64,000 bases of DNA from an uncultured Alphaproteobacteria bacterium (GTDB lineage: Bacteria; Pseudomonadota; Alphaproteobacteria; CAAHEQ01; UBA3637), in assembly GCA_944392555.1 (NCBI GenBank), contig CALXWZ010000002.1, positions 59,085 through 123,084 on the forward strand, read 5' to 3'. The position numbers were made by a program, and so were the translations under genes. Positions within the stretch are counted from its first letter, which is position 1. Every line of letters starts with the position of its first letter. Below the pieces are notes generated by a model. It worked only from the letters and a program-made list of their open reading frames with translations. It was not told the origin of the DNA and did no database searches. Shown one piece after another: positions 44,398-54,926 of the stretch.

Positions 44398-45737
44398 TGC
44401 AAAAGATGAAGCAATTTTTATCTGGTATCATAATGGTGTTCGGTGTTGTCGGTTGGGTGATGACGGCGCAGGCCGAACTGCGGATAGACGTGAGCGGGGC
44501 TCATTCGGAACCGTTGCCGTTTGCCATGCCGAATTTATTTAATACTGATGGTTCTCGGTCAAGTTTCGGGGCGGATATTACGGAAGTTGTCGTGGCGGAT
44601 TTGGAGCGTTCGGGTTTGTTTCGGTATATCAATCCCGATGCTTATATTCAAAAATTTAATTCAATCAATGAACGCCCGAATTTTCAGGATTGGCAAGCCA
44701 TAAAGGCACAGGTATTGGTATACGGAACAATTCGCGAAAGCGGTGATAACGTGACGGTTTCATTTAGAATTTGGGACGTGTTTGCTCAAAAACAAATGGA
44801 TGCAAAATCATTTACCGTGCGATCGGATTCATGGCGCAAAATTGCCCACATGCTCGCCGATAAAATCTATGAACGTGTAACGGGTGAAACGGGATATTTT
44901 GATACACGGATTGTCTTTATTTCGGAAACGGGCGGACAAGGGAATCGCACCAAACGGTTAGCGATTATGGATCAAGACGGCGAAAACGTTTCCTATTTAA
45001 CAAGCGGACGGGATATTGTTTTAACACCGCGGTTTTCGCCGAATATGCGTGAAATTACGTATTTTTCATATCAAGACGGTAATCCGAAAGTGTATTTAAT
45101 GGATTTGAATACGCGAGATTCAAAATTAGTCGGCAATTTCCCGGGGATGACATTTGCGCCTCGCTTTTCGCCCGACGGCAATCAATTAATTATGAGTCTG
45201 TCCAATCGGGGTAATTCGGATATTTATACATACGATTTACGCACACATGCCAAAAAGCGGTTGACGAATCATCCATCCATCAATACATCGCCCAGCTACT
45301 CGCCGGATGGTAGTCAGATTGTTTTTAACTCGGATAGAGGCGGTAATCAACAACTCTATATTATGAATGCCGATGGATCCAACGCGCATCGGATTACGTT
45401 CGGGAAAGGCACGTATGCAACACCGGTTTGGTCCCCGCGCGGAGACTATATTGCCTTTACGAAAATTCATCAAGGGCAATTCCATATCGGCGTGATTAAG
45501 CCGGATGGTTCGGGTGAACGGTTGATAACGAACGGCTTTTTGGTAGAGGGGCCGACATGGGCGCCGAACGGACGCGTGCTGATGTTCTATCGTCAAAATC
45601 GGTCGGATAGATACGGCAACGGCGGAACGGCGAAGTTATACACGATTGACATAACGGGGTATAACGAACGCCAGGTATTAACACCGCATGACGCTTCCGA
45701 TCCGGCATGGTCGCGGTTATTGCACCCGACGGATTAG
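44397..45737 (+). CDS. tolB: Tol-Pal system beta-propeller protein TolB
   Basis: Signal peptide. N-terminal TolB domain and C-terminal WD40-like beta-propeller repeats ([22 protein letters not shown]). Confidence 0.92.
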
Positions 45738-45777
45738 CGGTTATGTGGCTGAATATCGTAGAGTAAATAAATAAAAG

Positions 45778-45808
45778 GGAACGGTGAGAAGCCGTTTCTT
45801 TTTATTTA
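45778..45808 (+). terminator. Putative intrinsic terminator after tolB
   Basis: GGAACGG/CCGUUUC stem (one G-U pair), 7-nt loop, then TTTTTATTT. Confidence 0.5.
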
Positions 45809-45948
45809 ATCAAACAATAACGATTTAAAAAAAATTATCTTGTTTTTTAAGACGAGTGCAAAAAGTGATTTTGGACGAAAAAAAAGTTTGATTTTTGAAA
45901 AAAAAAGACGTATAAGAAAAAAAGAGTTCATTTTCAAAGGAGAGGTGT

Positions 45949-46608
45949 ATGAAAAAATTACTTTGTATCGGAGTTGCTTTAACGTTGTTATCGGCATGTT
46001 CAACGTTTGAGCCGGATTTGGATAAAGCAGCCGAAGAACGGGCTGAAAATCGCGCGGAAATTCGCAATGCAATCGGTTGCCAATTTGCAAACGATCATGA
46101 TGCCTACCGCCGTTGCTTGATTTCAACTTATGAACACAATAAGCCGAAAACATTTACAACCGCACAAGATTGCTCGGGTCAACCGGTAGTTGTCGTGAGT
46201 AGCGGAAAGACACAAGGAATGGTTTATGCGGACGGTGTGATTACACAAGCCGGTTCAACACAAACGACGGCAACAACACAAGTTCCTGTTCACCAATTAT
46301 CGGCAGTGCCGTGTGGAACGCAAGCAGGCGATTGTTTTTATACAACACAAGAATTATATGAAGCCCAAGTGGCTCCGTGCACAACATGTGCCCCGAAACA
46401 AGTTGTTGTTGAACAACCGAAAATCGTAACGGTAGAGCAAACGGAAACGATAGAGGAAAAACCGGTAGAGGTAGTTCCTGCACCGCAACCGTTGCCGGAT
46501 AAGACATGGTGGGAAACATATCAAGAAGAAAAACAACCTGTGAAACCGACGGTTGTTTGTCCGTGTCCGGATCCGAATGATCCGTGTCCGCAATGTGTGA
46601 CAAAGTAA
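45949..46608 (+). CDS. Cys-rich lipoprotein (219 aa) at the position where pal is expected
   Basis: Lipobox LLSAC. 14 Cys, including a C-terminal CPCPDPNDPCPQC. No OmpA-like peptidoglycan-binding motifs seen. Confidence 0.65.
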   Translation: MKKLLCIGVALTLLSACSTFEPDLDKAAEERAENRAEIRNAIGCQFANDHDAYRRCLISTYEHNKPKTFTTAQDCSGQPVVVVSSGKTQGMVYADGVITQAGSTQTTATTQVPVHQLSAVPCGTQAGDCFYTTQELYEAQVAPCTTCAPKQVVVEQPKIVTVEQTETIEEKPVEVVPAPQPLPDKTWWETYQEEKQPVKPTVVCPCPDPNDPCPQCVTK

Positions 46609-46620
46609 TTTATGTTTCAA

Positions 46621-46651
46621 AAGGCTTGCTCATCGGCAAGCCTTTTTTATG
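46621..46651 (+). terminator. Rho-independent terminator
   Basis: AAGGCTTGC/GCAAGCCTT 9-bp stem, 6-nt loop, then TTTTTTAT. Confidence 0.8.
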
Positions 46652-47038
46652 ATAAGAAGACAATTATTCTGACCGGTAGTTCTGCAAGTCTTGTAATGGT
46701 AAGTAGTAAAAATCCTTTAAAAACTAATAAGGATTTACAGGAAATTAAAACATAATCATAAGAGATTTGAAATACAATAACAGAAAAACTTTATTTTTTA
46801 TTTGGAATACGGCAAAAAATGTATTTTCATAAAAAAGCGGACTCTACAAAAAGGTCCGTCTAGATGATATAGTATAAAGGGGATTATAACAGAAAAATTT
46901 TGTTGTGCAAGAAAAAAAATAAATGTAGAATAGCGCTGAAAAAATAGGGAGTTAAGTAAAATTCACACATAGGGAGCCAACCAATCATCAAAGCCCTCTA
47001 CATAAACGGACGTTTATGTAGAATGGGGAGAAGAAAAA

Positions 47039-50000
47039 TGAATATAAAACAAATACTTAACTTGGCTTCTTTTTATGCAAAAAAAGTAAAAAGCGGGGAA
47101 TTTGAAGCGAATCGCGCAAAACAAGGGATAAAATCAGCGAATCAAAATAGCTTTACGCGCTTGAAAAATAATCAAAAAGCAGGATTTTCAGCAGAATTAC
47201 AAACGCAACGTGGATTGGATGGTTTGCGCGGGTTGCATGGATTTGGCGGATTAAGGAATGTGCGCGGATTAAGAGGCGCGCGCTTGGCCGAATACGGGCG
47301 GAGTATGGTAGAAATGCTGGGCGTGCTGGCGGTGATTGGGGTCTTATCGGTTGCGGGAATGATGGGCTATCGGTATGCAATGGATAAATATCGGTCAAAC
47401 GATATTATCTATGAAGTGAATCTGCGCAATCGGGATACATGGCATAAATATCAGCTGAAAGGCTTGCCCGAAAATGAAGATATGTTGAATGAATGGGCAG
47501 AATATACGTCAACGGGTTTTCCGATAGGGGTTTATTTACGGTCAACGGATATGTTTGATGTGCAAGTAGATGATGTGCCGAGTCGGGTATGTTTAAATGT
47601 GTTAAATACAAATTTAGAGGGGCCGTTGCTGATATGGGTGCCGACGGGAGAAGATGAAAAACAACTGTTTGACGGCACCAATGCCGAAGAGTTGTGTCAA
47701 TACGGGGAAGAAGATGCCGAGAATGTATCTATTGTATTTACAACGAGTTTAAGTCAATACGGCGCGGAACTCGGGAATGGAGAAGCCGTGGATGAGAACG
47801 GTCGGCCCATGCGCTATTGTTTAGATGACGGAGATTGCACGGGGACGTGCGAACGATGCGGAAGCGATTATAAATGCGAGTCCACGTGTCCTGACGCAAC
47901 ACCGATATGCAGTGCCACGCAAGGGAAATGCGTGCGATGTGAAGTAAACGATGATTGCCCCATCAATCAAATCTGCAACGAAGCGACGAATGAGTGCGAA
48001 GAAATCCCCGAAGCATGTGCGGAAGATGAGTTTCGGAGCCGGAACGGGGCGTGTATTCCATGCTCACATCCGTCTAATGTGATAATTAACGGAGATGAAA
48101 CGTTCGGAGCAGACAAAGCGACGGGTGCGGAGTTATGTGCAAACTGTGCGAACGAGGGAACGGCGCGCAAGTTAGAAACGGCGGGGGATACAACGTATTG
48201 CTCCTATACCTGCACAAAGGGCATTAGCGTGCAAGCCTCGAATGGTTCTTGTCAGCCGTGTTTTGATGAAAGCGGTAATCCAACCACGAATACTTTTTTT
48301 ATTGATGCCGGAACAGAATCGCGTTCGCAATGTTTAGCCTGCGGTAATCGGGAATGGATACAATTTGATAATAACCACTTTTGTTTTCCTAAATTGGAGT
48401 GCTCCGATAATCAATTTGCAGGATATGGAGAAACAAGGTATCAAAATACCGAGCCAAGATGTCGTGATTGTTCAGATTCAATAAAACGCTCCAGCTTATT
48501 TTATCATGCCTTTTCAGGACCAACCAGTTTGCAAAAATTAAAAGATATGTGCGATGCGTGCACGAATCGGTATGTGTGGGACGATGTGTGTTTTCAAAAA
48601 TGCGAACAACCTGATGAAAATAGTGAAGAAAGCACGATTTGTTTAACTGACCCAGGTAATGAAAAGTGCAAACGAAAGTGGCAAAATGCGTATGGTGATT
48701 GTTTTGATTGTGATGCTCTCGGCGTTAATACAACGTTGACTTATTATGTTTCAAGTGTCAATCCCGAATGGGAGGAACTATGCGAGAAGTGCGGTCGGCA
48801 AGTTGTAGACGGCGGCTATTGTGCACCAAAGCAAAATACATGCGGTACCGGGAAAATTATGGACGTCAGCGGTAATTGTGTTGCGTGTGATTCTGCAACC
48901 GTTGCAACGATTGTATCAGATGAGGTTTCCGGTTGCACGGCGTGTAATACGGATGGCAAAGAATTACGCTGGGTTGTTCGTGTAACAACATCAGGGGGAA
49001 CTGCTTTACAGTGCATGAAAAAATGTGGCGAGGGTCAATTTCAAAATAGTAGCGGAGGGTGTGTTGATTGTTCAACAACATCAGCTGTTTCTATTGGAAG
49101 AAGTCCGGATTTAACTAATTTATGCACACAATGTCCCACGCCGAATGAAAGATTTATTCCATTGATTGAAACAACCTTTTGCGGGCTTAAAACATGTCCT
49201 GAAGAAACATTTCATACGTATGTTGGTTCATGCGCTTCATGCGATACCCCAGGACGACAGCCTATATATGGGTTGACAGCAGAGCAAGAAGCAGAATGCG
49301 AGGCGTGTGGAAATAGAATTAATCTAGGTGGTTGTGTGCTCATTAACCCAGGCGTAAGTGGTGTATGCAACAGTGTTGAAAATGGGGAACACGAAGATTA
49401 TCCGGCAGGTGATGGCGTCTTTTTCAGAGATTATTATGGTAGTTGTCAGCGTTGTGATGATCCGAAAACGTATAGTCCGAGTAGTATAGCACAATGCAAG
49501 AGTTGCGGAAACCGAAGAGTAGATGGTTGGTGCGCTTACGGGCTCTGCACAGATGGCTCTACATTCCTCAATGTGAATAATCAATGTATCAGTTGCACAA
49601 CCTCATCCAGAACCGAGATTGATAACACGATAACTTCCAAAGATTCTTGTATGGCGTGCGATAATAAACGCGTTATGACGGCGGAAGATACCAGCGGTGC
49701 TACCAAAGCCTATTGCGTGAATGATTGCTTTGGGCAACTCCAAAACGTGAACGGTCAATGCGGAGGTAGTTCGTGGGGTAATTTTGAAATCGGAAGTGAT
49801 GAAACATCAAAAAGCATGTGTCGCGATTATGACCGTGTTGTATATAGTAAAGTAAACGGCGACCAGACGAAGTGGTATTGCTCTTCTGCGCCGAGAGACG
49901 GCTATTTTATCAACATCAACGGCGGATTAAGCAGTTGCACAAGCGGATCAACGGAAATCCCCGATAGCAATGATGCACGGAATTTATGTCTGGCTTGCTC

Positions 50001-50058
50001 TACCGCACAACGCACCGTTGTTGAAAAAGACGGGCGCTTTTATTGCGAAAAAAGTTGA
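47039..50058 (+). CDS. Very large Cys-rich modular protein (about 1006 aa) with a type-IV-pilin-like N-terminal hydrophobic segment
   Basis: GGGGAGAAG RBS before the ATG at 47039. The segment G|RSMVEMLGVLAVIGVLSVAGMMGYRY resembles a class III (prepilin) signal with E at +5. It is followed by about 10 degenerate modules of the form C-x2-C-[GNDT]-N-[RK]...C...C. About 90 Cys in total. Confidence 0.75.
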
Positions 50059-50437
50059 TTTGGGAAGAATAATCATTGCTCATATCAAACACACCGCGCC
50101 GAAAGCCGGTTATGCTGAATATAATGTTATATATGGGGCGAAAATTTTTAGTCGAAAACCCCTGTGCCGTGTGTTGAAGATCAGAGGTATCATGTTCACT
50201 TTCTACGGTATGATTGTTTTGTTATGGATTGAGGGAAAGTCGTATGTTATGCAAAGGGGCGCCCTATTGACAGATTAAATATGTATCATTGGTAGCATAT
50301 CGATACGGTAAGGTTTATTGCAATAGCACTTTTAAAATAACCAAGAACGGGTGCGGGGTTCAAAAAATGCTTGACGCGCTTTAAAAGAAAACGTAAACTA
50401 ATCACAAAGAAGCGCCAATAATAAGGAATACAAAATT

Positions 50438-52717
50438 GTGTTGAGAATAAAAGCAAAAAAACAGTTGCCGCCGTTATCCGATAAAGTCGTGCATGACCGA
50501 CTGTTAAAAAGTATTCGTCGCACAATTCGCAAGTCCGGCATATCGGCCGATGAAAAAATTAAAATCATTGTTTCTTTAATTGTTGAAACGGGCGGTGTTG
50601 ATGTTTGCTCTTGCTATGTGGTGCGTCCGGGCGATGTGTTGGAGTTATACGCAACAAAGGGCTTGGACGAACGGGCTGCACATGAAACATTTTTACGGGT
50701 GGGAGAAGGGCTTGTCGGCGAGATAGCGCTGAAACGTAAACCGCAAGCCTTTGATGATATTTGGAATCACGCCAGCTTTGTTTATAAACCCGAAACGGGC
50801 GAAAAAGCATTTCAATCATTGGCCGGTGTGCCGATTATGCAAGATAATGTGCTGTTGGGTGTATTATGCGTTCAAACGGTTGAAAGCATTACGTATCCGC
50901 CCGCTTTTTTGGAATTGCTTTCGGTCATCGCCATGGCATTATCGGGGATTGTTGCCGCTATTGCAACGGGTAGCGTGGAAAAGAAAATGATTGGCGGACA
51001 GCAACATAAAAAATTTGAAGCAACCAAAATCATTGCGGGTATTGCTTTGGGGCGGGCATACGTTCATAAACGCGTGGCGCTCGGCAAGGTGTTGGCCAGT
51101 AGCACATCGCGCGAAACAAAGCGCTTGGAATCCGCCATAAAAACGGTTGAAACGGAAATCAATCATTTAGTATCAAAGCCGAATATGTCGGACGAACAAA
51201 AAGGTATTTTGGAAACATACCTGATGTTTATGCGCGATAAAGGCTGGCAAAATAAAATGATTAAGTCAATCGGCGAGGGATTGACGGCCGAAGCCGCCGT
51301 GCAACGGGTATGTGGCGAAATTGCCGAGCGGATGCGTCTGATGACGGATACTTATATCAAAGAACGTATCCATGATTTTCAAGATTTATCCAATAGGCTT
51401 ATGCGCCACTTGCGGGGCGAACAAATCGTTTCTACGGGGAAATTGCCGAAAAATACGGTGCTGGTTGCCAAAAGTTTAGGGCCGGCCGAATTGTTGGATT
51501 ATGATATTACGCGCATTAAGGCAATTGTGTTGGAAGAGGGTTCTCAAACCATGCACGTTGTGATTGTGGCGCGTTCGTTTAATATTCCGGTTGTTGCAGG
51601 TATACGCAATATATCGGAAATCGTGCAAAATGATGATGTATTGGGTGTTGATGCCGATAACGGATTTTTATATGTAAATCCCTCCGATGAAGTTTTGGAC
51701 GATTTTGAAACAAAAATTAAAGTTCAACGCCGATTGCAAACCAGGTTGGCGCAGTTAAGCGAATTACCCGCCGTTACTACGGACGGAGTTGAAATTTCTT
51801 TGAATATCAATGCCGGCTTGTCTTCGGATTTAATCAACGCCAAAGCCTCGTTGTTTGACGGTATCGGCTTATACCGAACGGAATTGCCGTTTATGTCGTC
51901 CGAGCAGTTGCCGGATATTCATGAGCAAACGCAAATTTATCGGCGCGTGATACAAGAAATGAAAGATAAACCCGTTGTGTTCAGAACATTGGATATCGGC
52001 TCCGATAAAGTGTTGCCGTATTTTGAAAACAGGGGCGAGAAAAATCCGGCGATGGGCTGGCGTTCCATTCGGATAACGTTGGATCGGCGCGCTATTTTAC
52101 GCGGTCAGTTGCGTGCCTTTATTCGGGCGTCGGCGCAACGGGAATTACATATTATGTTCCCGATGATTACCAATGTTGATGAGTTCAGGCAAGCCAAACA
52201 AACGCTTGATTTTGAATTGGCACGGGAAAAAGAAAAGGGAAACGCGTTGCCGAAAGCGGTTAAAGTCGGCACGATGTTGGAAGTCCCGTCAGTATTATTT
52301 CAGTTGGAGGAATTGGTAAAAGAAGTTGATTTTATTTCAATCGGAACGAATGATTTGGCGCAGTTTTTATTTGCGACGGACAGGAGTAATCCGATAATTT
52401 GGACAAGGTATGATACACTCTCGCCGGCATTTTTAAAAATGCTCAGATACGTGCATGAAGTTTGCGCGAAAGCAAATGTGCCTTGCTCCATTTGTGGGGA
52501 GATGGCATCAAGACCGCTCGAATGTGTGGCATTGATTGGACTTGGCTACAAGAAACTTTCAATGAATCCGAGCGCTCTCGGTATGGTTAAAGCCGTTGTG
52601 CGATCCATGAATCAAAAGCAAACGGAATCTTTTTTAATGCGTCATTTGTCGGATACGGTTGAAACATTAAGACCGCTCTTGCAATCATACGCGATTGATC
52701 ACGATATATTTATATAA
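50438..52717 (+). CDS. ptsP: Phosphoenolpyruvate-protein phosphotransferase PtsP (EI-Ntr) with an N-terminal GAF domain
   Basis: GAF-like N-terminus. PEP-utilising enzyme motifs (GGxxxH region, SIGTNDLAQF, catalytic Cys in SICGE). The exact start (TTG at 50438 or nearby) is uncertain. Confidence 0.9.
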   Translation: MLRIKAKKQLPPLSDKVVHDRLLKSIRRTIRKSGISADEKIKIIVSLIVETGGVDVCSCYVVRPGDVLELYATKGLDERAAHETFLRVGEGLVGEIALKRKPQAFDDIWNHASFVYKPETGEKAFQSLAGVPIMQDNVLLGVLCVQTVESITYPPAFLELLSVIAMALSGIVAAIATGSVEKKMIGGQQHKKFEATKIIAGIALGRAYVHKRVALGKVLASSTSRETKRLESAIKTVETEINHLVSKPNMSDEQKGILETYLMFMRDKGWQNKMIKSIGEGLTAEAAVQRVCGEIAERMRLMTDTYIKERIHDFQDLSNRLMRHLRGEQIVSTGKLPKNTVLVAKSLGPAELLDYDITRIKAIVLEEGSQTMHVVIVARSFNIPVVAGIRNISEIVQNDDVLGVDADNGFLYVNPSDEVLDDFETKIKVQRRLQTRLAQLSELPAVTTDGVEISLNINAGLSSDLINAKASLFDGIGLYRTELPFMSSEQLPDIHEQTQIYRRVIQEMKDKPVVFRTLDIGSDKVLPYFENRGEKNPAMGWRSIRITLDRRAILRGQLRAFIRASAQRELHIMFPMITNVDEFRQAKQTLDFELAREKEKGNALPKAVKVGTMLEVPSVLFQLEELVKEVDFISIGTNDLAQFLFATDRSNPIIWTRYDTLSPAFLKMLRYVHEVCAKANVPCSICGEMASRPLECVALIGLGYKKLSMNPSALGMVKAVVRSMNQKQTESFLMRHLSDTVETLRPLLQSYAIDHDIFI

Positions 52718-52720
52718 GGA

Positions 52721-53455
52721 ATGAACATGAAAACAAAAGCAATAATTTTAGGGGCCGGAATGGGTACACGTATGGGAGGCACATTCCCGAAGGTATTAAG
52801 CAAAATTTGCGGACAACCGATGATTTCCATTTTGCTGGATACGGTGAAAAAAACGGGTGTGGATGAGATTACGGTTGTAATCGGTCCGGATATGGATAAT
52901 GTGAAGCAAGTGGTTGCCCCGTGCAAAACGGTTATTCAATATGAACGGCTCGGAACGGCGCATGCGGTATTGGCGGCTGAAAGCGAAATTGAGCCGTTTG
53001 AAGGCTGTGTATTGATATTATTTGGTGATCAACCGTTATTCTTGCCCGAAACGATAGAAAAGATGAAAGAAAAATGTTTGGCAGGTGCCGATGTGGTTGT
53101 GTTGGGATTTATTCCGACGGATGCACGCCGATACGGTCGGTTGGTGATGGGGGAAGACGGATTGGATGCTATTGTGGAATATAAAGATGCAACCGATGCA
53201 CAGCGAGCGATTAAGTTATGTAATTCGGGTGTGATGTGTGTCAACGGCAAGTATTTGCTGCCGTTGTTGAAGCAAATCGGAAATGATAATGCGGCGCATG
53301 AATACTATTTGACGGATATTGTGGCATTGGCAAAAAAAGCCGGTTTGAAACGTGATGTGGTGATCGGGGATGCAGATGAATTGCACGGTGTTAATACGCC
53401 GGAAGAGTTGGAGTTGGCGGAAGCCATCTATAAAAAGAGGATGAATATATGCTGA
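52721..53455 (+). CDS. GlmU-like sugar-1-phosphate nucleotidyltransferase, uridyltransferase domain only (244 aa)
   Basis: AIILGAGMGTRM, VEYKDATDAQRAI and YYLTDIVALA closely parallel the GlmU N-terminal domain (VEHKDATDEQRQI, YYITDIIALA). No left-handed beta-helix acetyltransferase domain follows. Confidence 0.7.
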   Translation: MNMKTKAIILGAGMGTRMGGTFPKVLSKICGQPMISILLDTVKKTGVDEITVVIGPDMDNVKQVVAPCKTVIQYERLGTAHAVLAAESEIEPFEGCVLILFGDQPLFLPETIEKMKEKCLAGADVVVLGFIPTDARRYGRLVMGEDGLDAIVEYKDATDAQRAIKLCNSGVMCVNGKYLLPLLKQIGNDNAAHEYYLTDIVALAKKAGLKRDVVIGDADELHGVNTPEELELAEAIYKKRMNIC

Positions 53456-53679
53456 AAACAATCTGGATTGTTTTTTGGATAACAGTGTTGATAACGGGAT
53501 TTTGCGTGTTGGTGGGATACTTTTCATCAGAGCATATAACGGCGCGGTGCAGTGAGGGATTGATAGATTGTTTAACGGCTTCGGCAGGCGAGTCGTTTTG
53601 GGTGAAAATAAAAGATGGATTTATTTGTGTTTACACGAATGTTATCTGTGTTTTTAAAGAAATTGGAGAATCATTTTGA
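53449..53679 (+). CDS. Small hypothetical membrane protein (76 aa)
   Basis: One predicted TM helix (IWIVFWITVLITGFCVLVGYF). Overlaps both neighbours by a few nt, consistent with translational coupling. Confidence 0.35.
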   Translation: MLKTIWIVFWITVLITGFCVLVGYFSSEHITARCSEGLIDCLTASAGESFWVKIKDGFICVYTNVICVFKEIGESF

Positions 53680-54737
53680 TGAGTAATGTTTTTTTATTGG
53701 CGGATATCGGTGGCACACACGTGCGATTTTCAACTTATGACGGAGCAAAAACATCACAATCCGAAAAATACAGGACGCGCGAGTTTTTCACGTTTGAAGA
53801 CGCAGCAAAAGCGCATATTCAAAAGCATAACTTAACGGTTTCGGGTATGATTATCGGCGCAGCGGGAATACGGCAAAACAATGTGGTTAAACTAACAAAT
53901 TGCCCGTGGGTCATTGATATGGCTGTCTTGAAAGAAGCCTTTAAAATAGAAACAGTTATTCTATTAAATGATTTTACGTTGCAGGGATTGGGTATTTTAA
54001 GTTGCGCTCAAGAGGATTATATTCAAATCGGCGCACCGGAAGGGGCTTTGGCGTTTCAAGAAGCGCCGAGCGGACCGCGTGCGGTTATCGGCGCCGGAAC
54101 GGGATTGGGTGTTTGCTTTTTAGTTGCCGATAATAATAACCGTTATCAGGTGTTTGAATCGGAGGGCGGACATTTGACAATTTCCGGCAGTTCGGTTGCA
54201 TTGCGTGCCGTTATAGCCAAGGCAAACGAAAAATTACCGCACGTATCGTTTGAGCGGTTGGTTTCGGGGACGGGACTATTGTTGTTATATCAAGTTGTCG
54301 GTGAAAATTATGCCGAATGGGCGGAAAGTGTTTTTTCGGAAGAAATCGTGCAAATGCAACGGGCATGGTCCTACGTGCAGGCAACGGCGGGCAGTGATAA
54401 ATGGCAACCGGTTTCGGCACCGCCCGAAATCACGGCTTTGGCAGAACAGGGAAATGAAATTGCGTTGATGACGTATTGGCTCTTCTTTGAGTTTTTGGGC
54501 GTATTTTGTTCCGATATGGCATTAACGATGAAAACAACCGGTGGGGTCTATTTGGTCGGTGACTTATTGGCTCAACCGTTTATTTCGCGCCTGTTGCGTG
54601 ATTCGTTTATGCGGAACACATTTGAAAGCAAAGGCCGATTTAGGGATTTCTTACATCGGATTCCGACGGTTCTTGTGATTCGCAAAGATATTCCGCTTTA
54701 CGGATTGGAGCATATTGCGCAAAGCGTATGGAAATAA
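53676..54737 (+). CDS. glk: Glucokinase
   Basis: N-terminal LLADIGGTHVRFS ATP-binding motif of the Glk family. 353 aa. Confidence 0.85.
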   Translation: MMSNVFLLADIGGTHVRFSTYDGAKTSQSEKYRTREFFTFEDAAKAHIQKHNLTVSGMIIGAAGIRQNNVVKLTNCPWVIDMAVLKEAFKIETVILLNDFTLQGLGILSCAQEDYIQIGAPEGALAFQEAPSGPRAVIGAGTGLGVCFLVADNNNRYQVFESEGGHLTISGSSVALRAVIAKANEKLPHVSFERLVSGTGLLLLYQVVGENYAEWAESVFSEEIVQMQRAWSYVQATAGSDKWQPVSAPPEITALAEQGNEIALMTYWLFFEFLGVFCSDMALTMKTTGGVYLVGDLLAQPFISRLLRDSFMRNTFESKGRFRDFLHRIPTVLVIRKDIPLYGLEHIAQSVWK

Positions 54738-54926
54738 TATCGGCTATTGTTTGAATAAATTGCAGAGCGATTTCTTTTAGGTTGCCGTTTCCGAACAATA
54801 TGTTAAAAGCAATAACAAGATGTTTATACGCGCATCATAAAGAATCCGATAAAACCCGTCTTTGGAAAAAAGACGGGTTTTTTAATTACGTGAACGCGCG
54901 CGCATTATATCAGTCGGTGTATGTCG

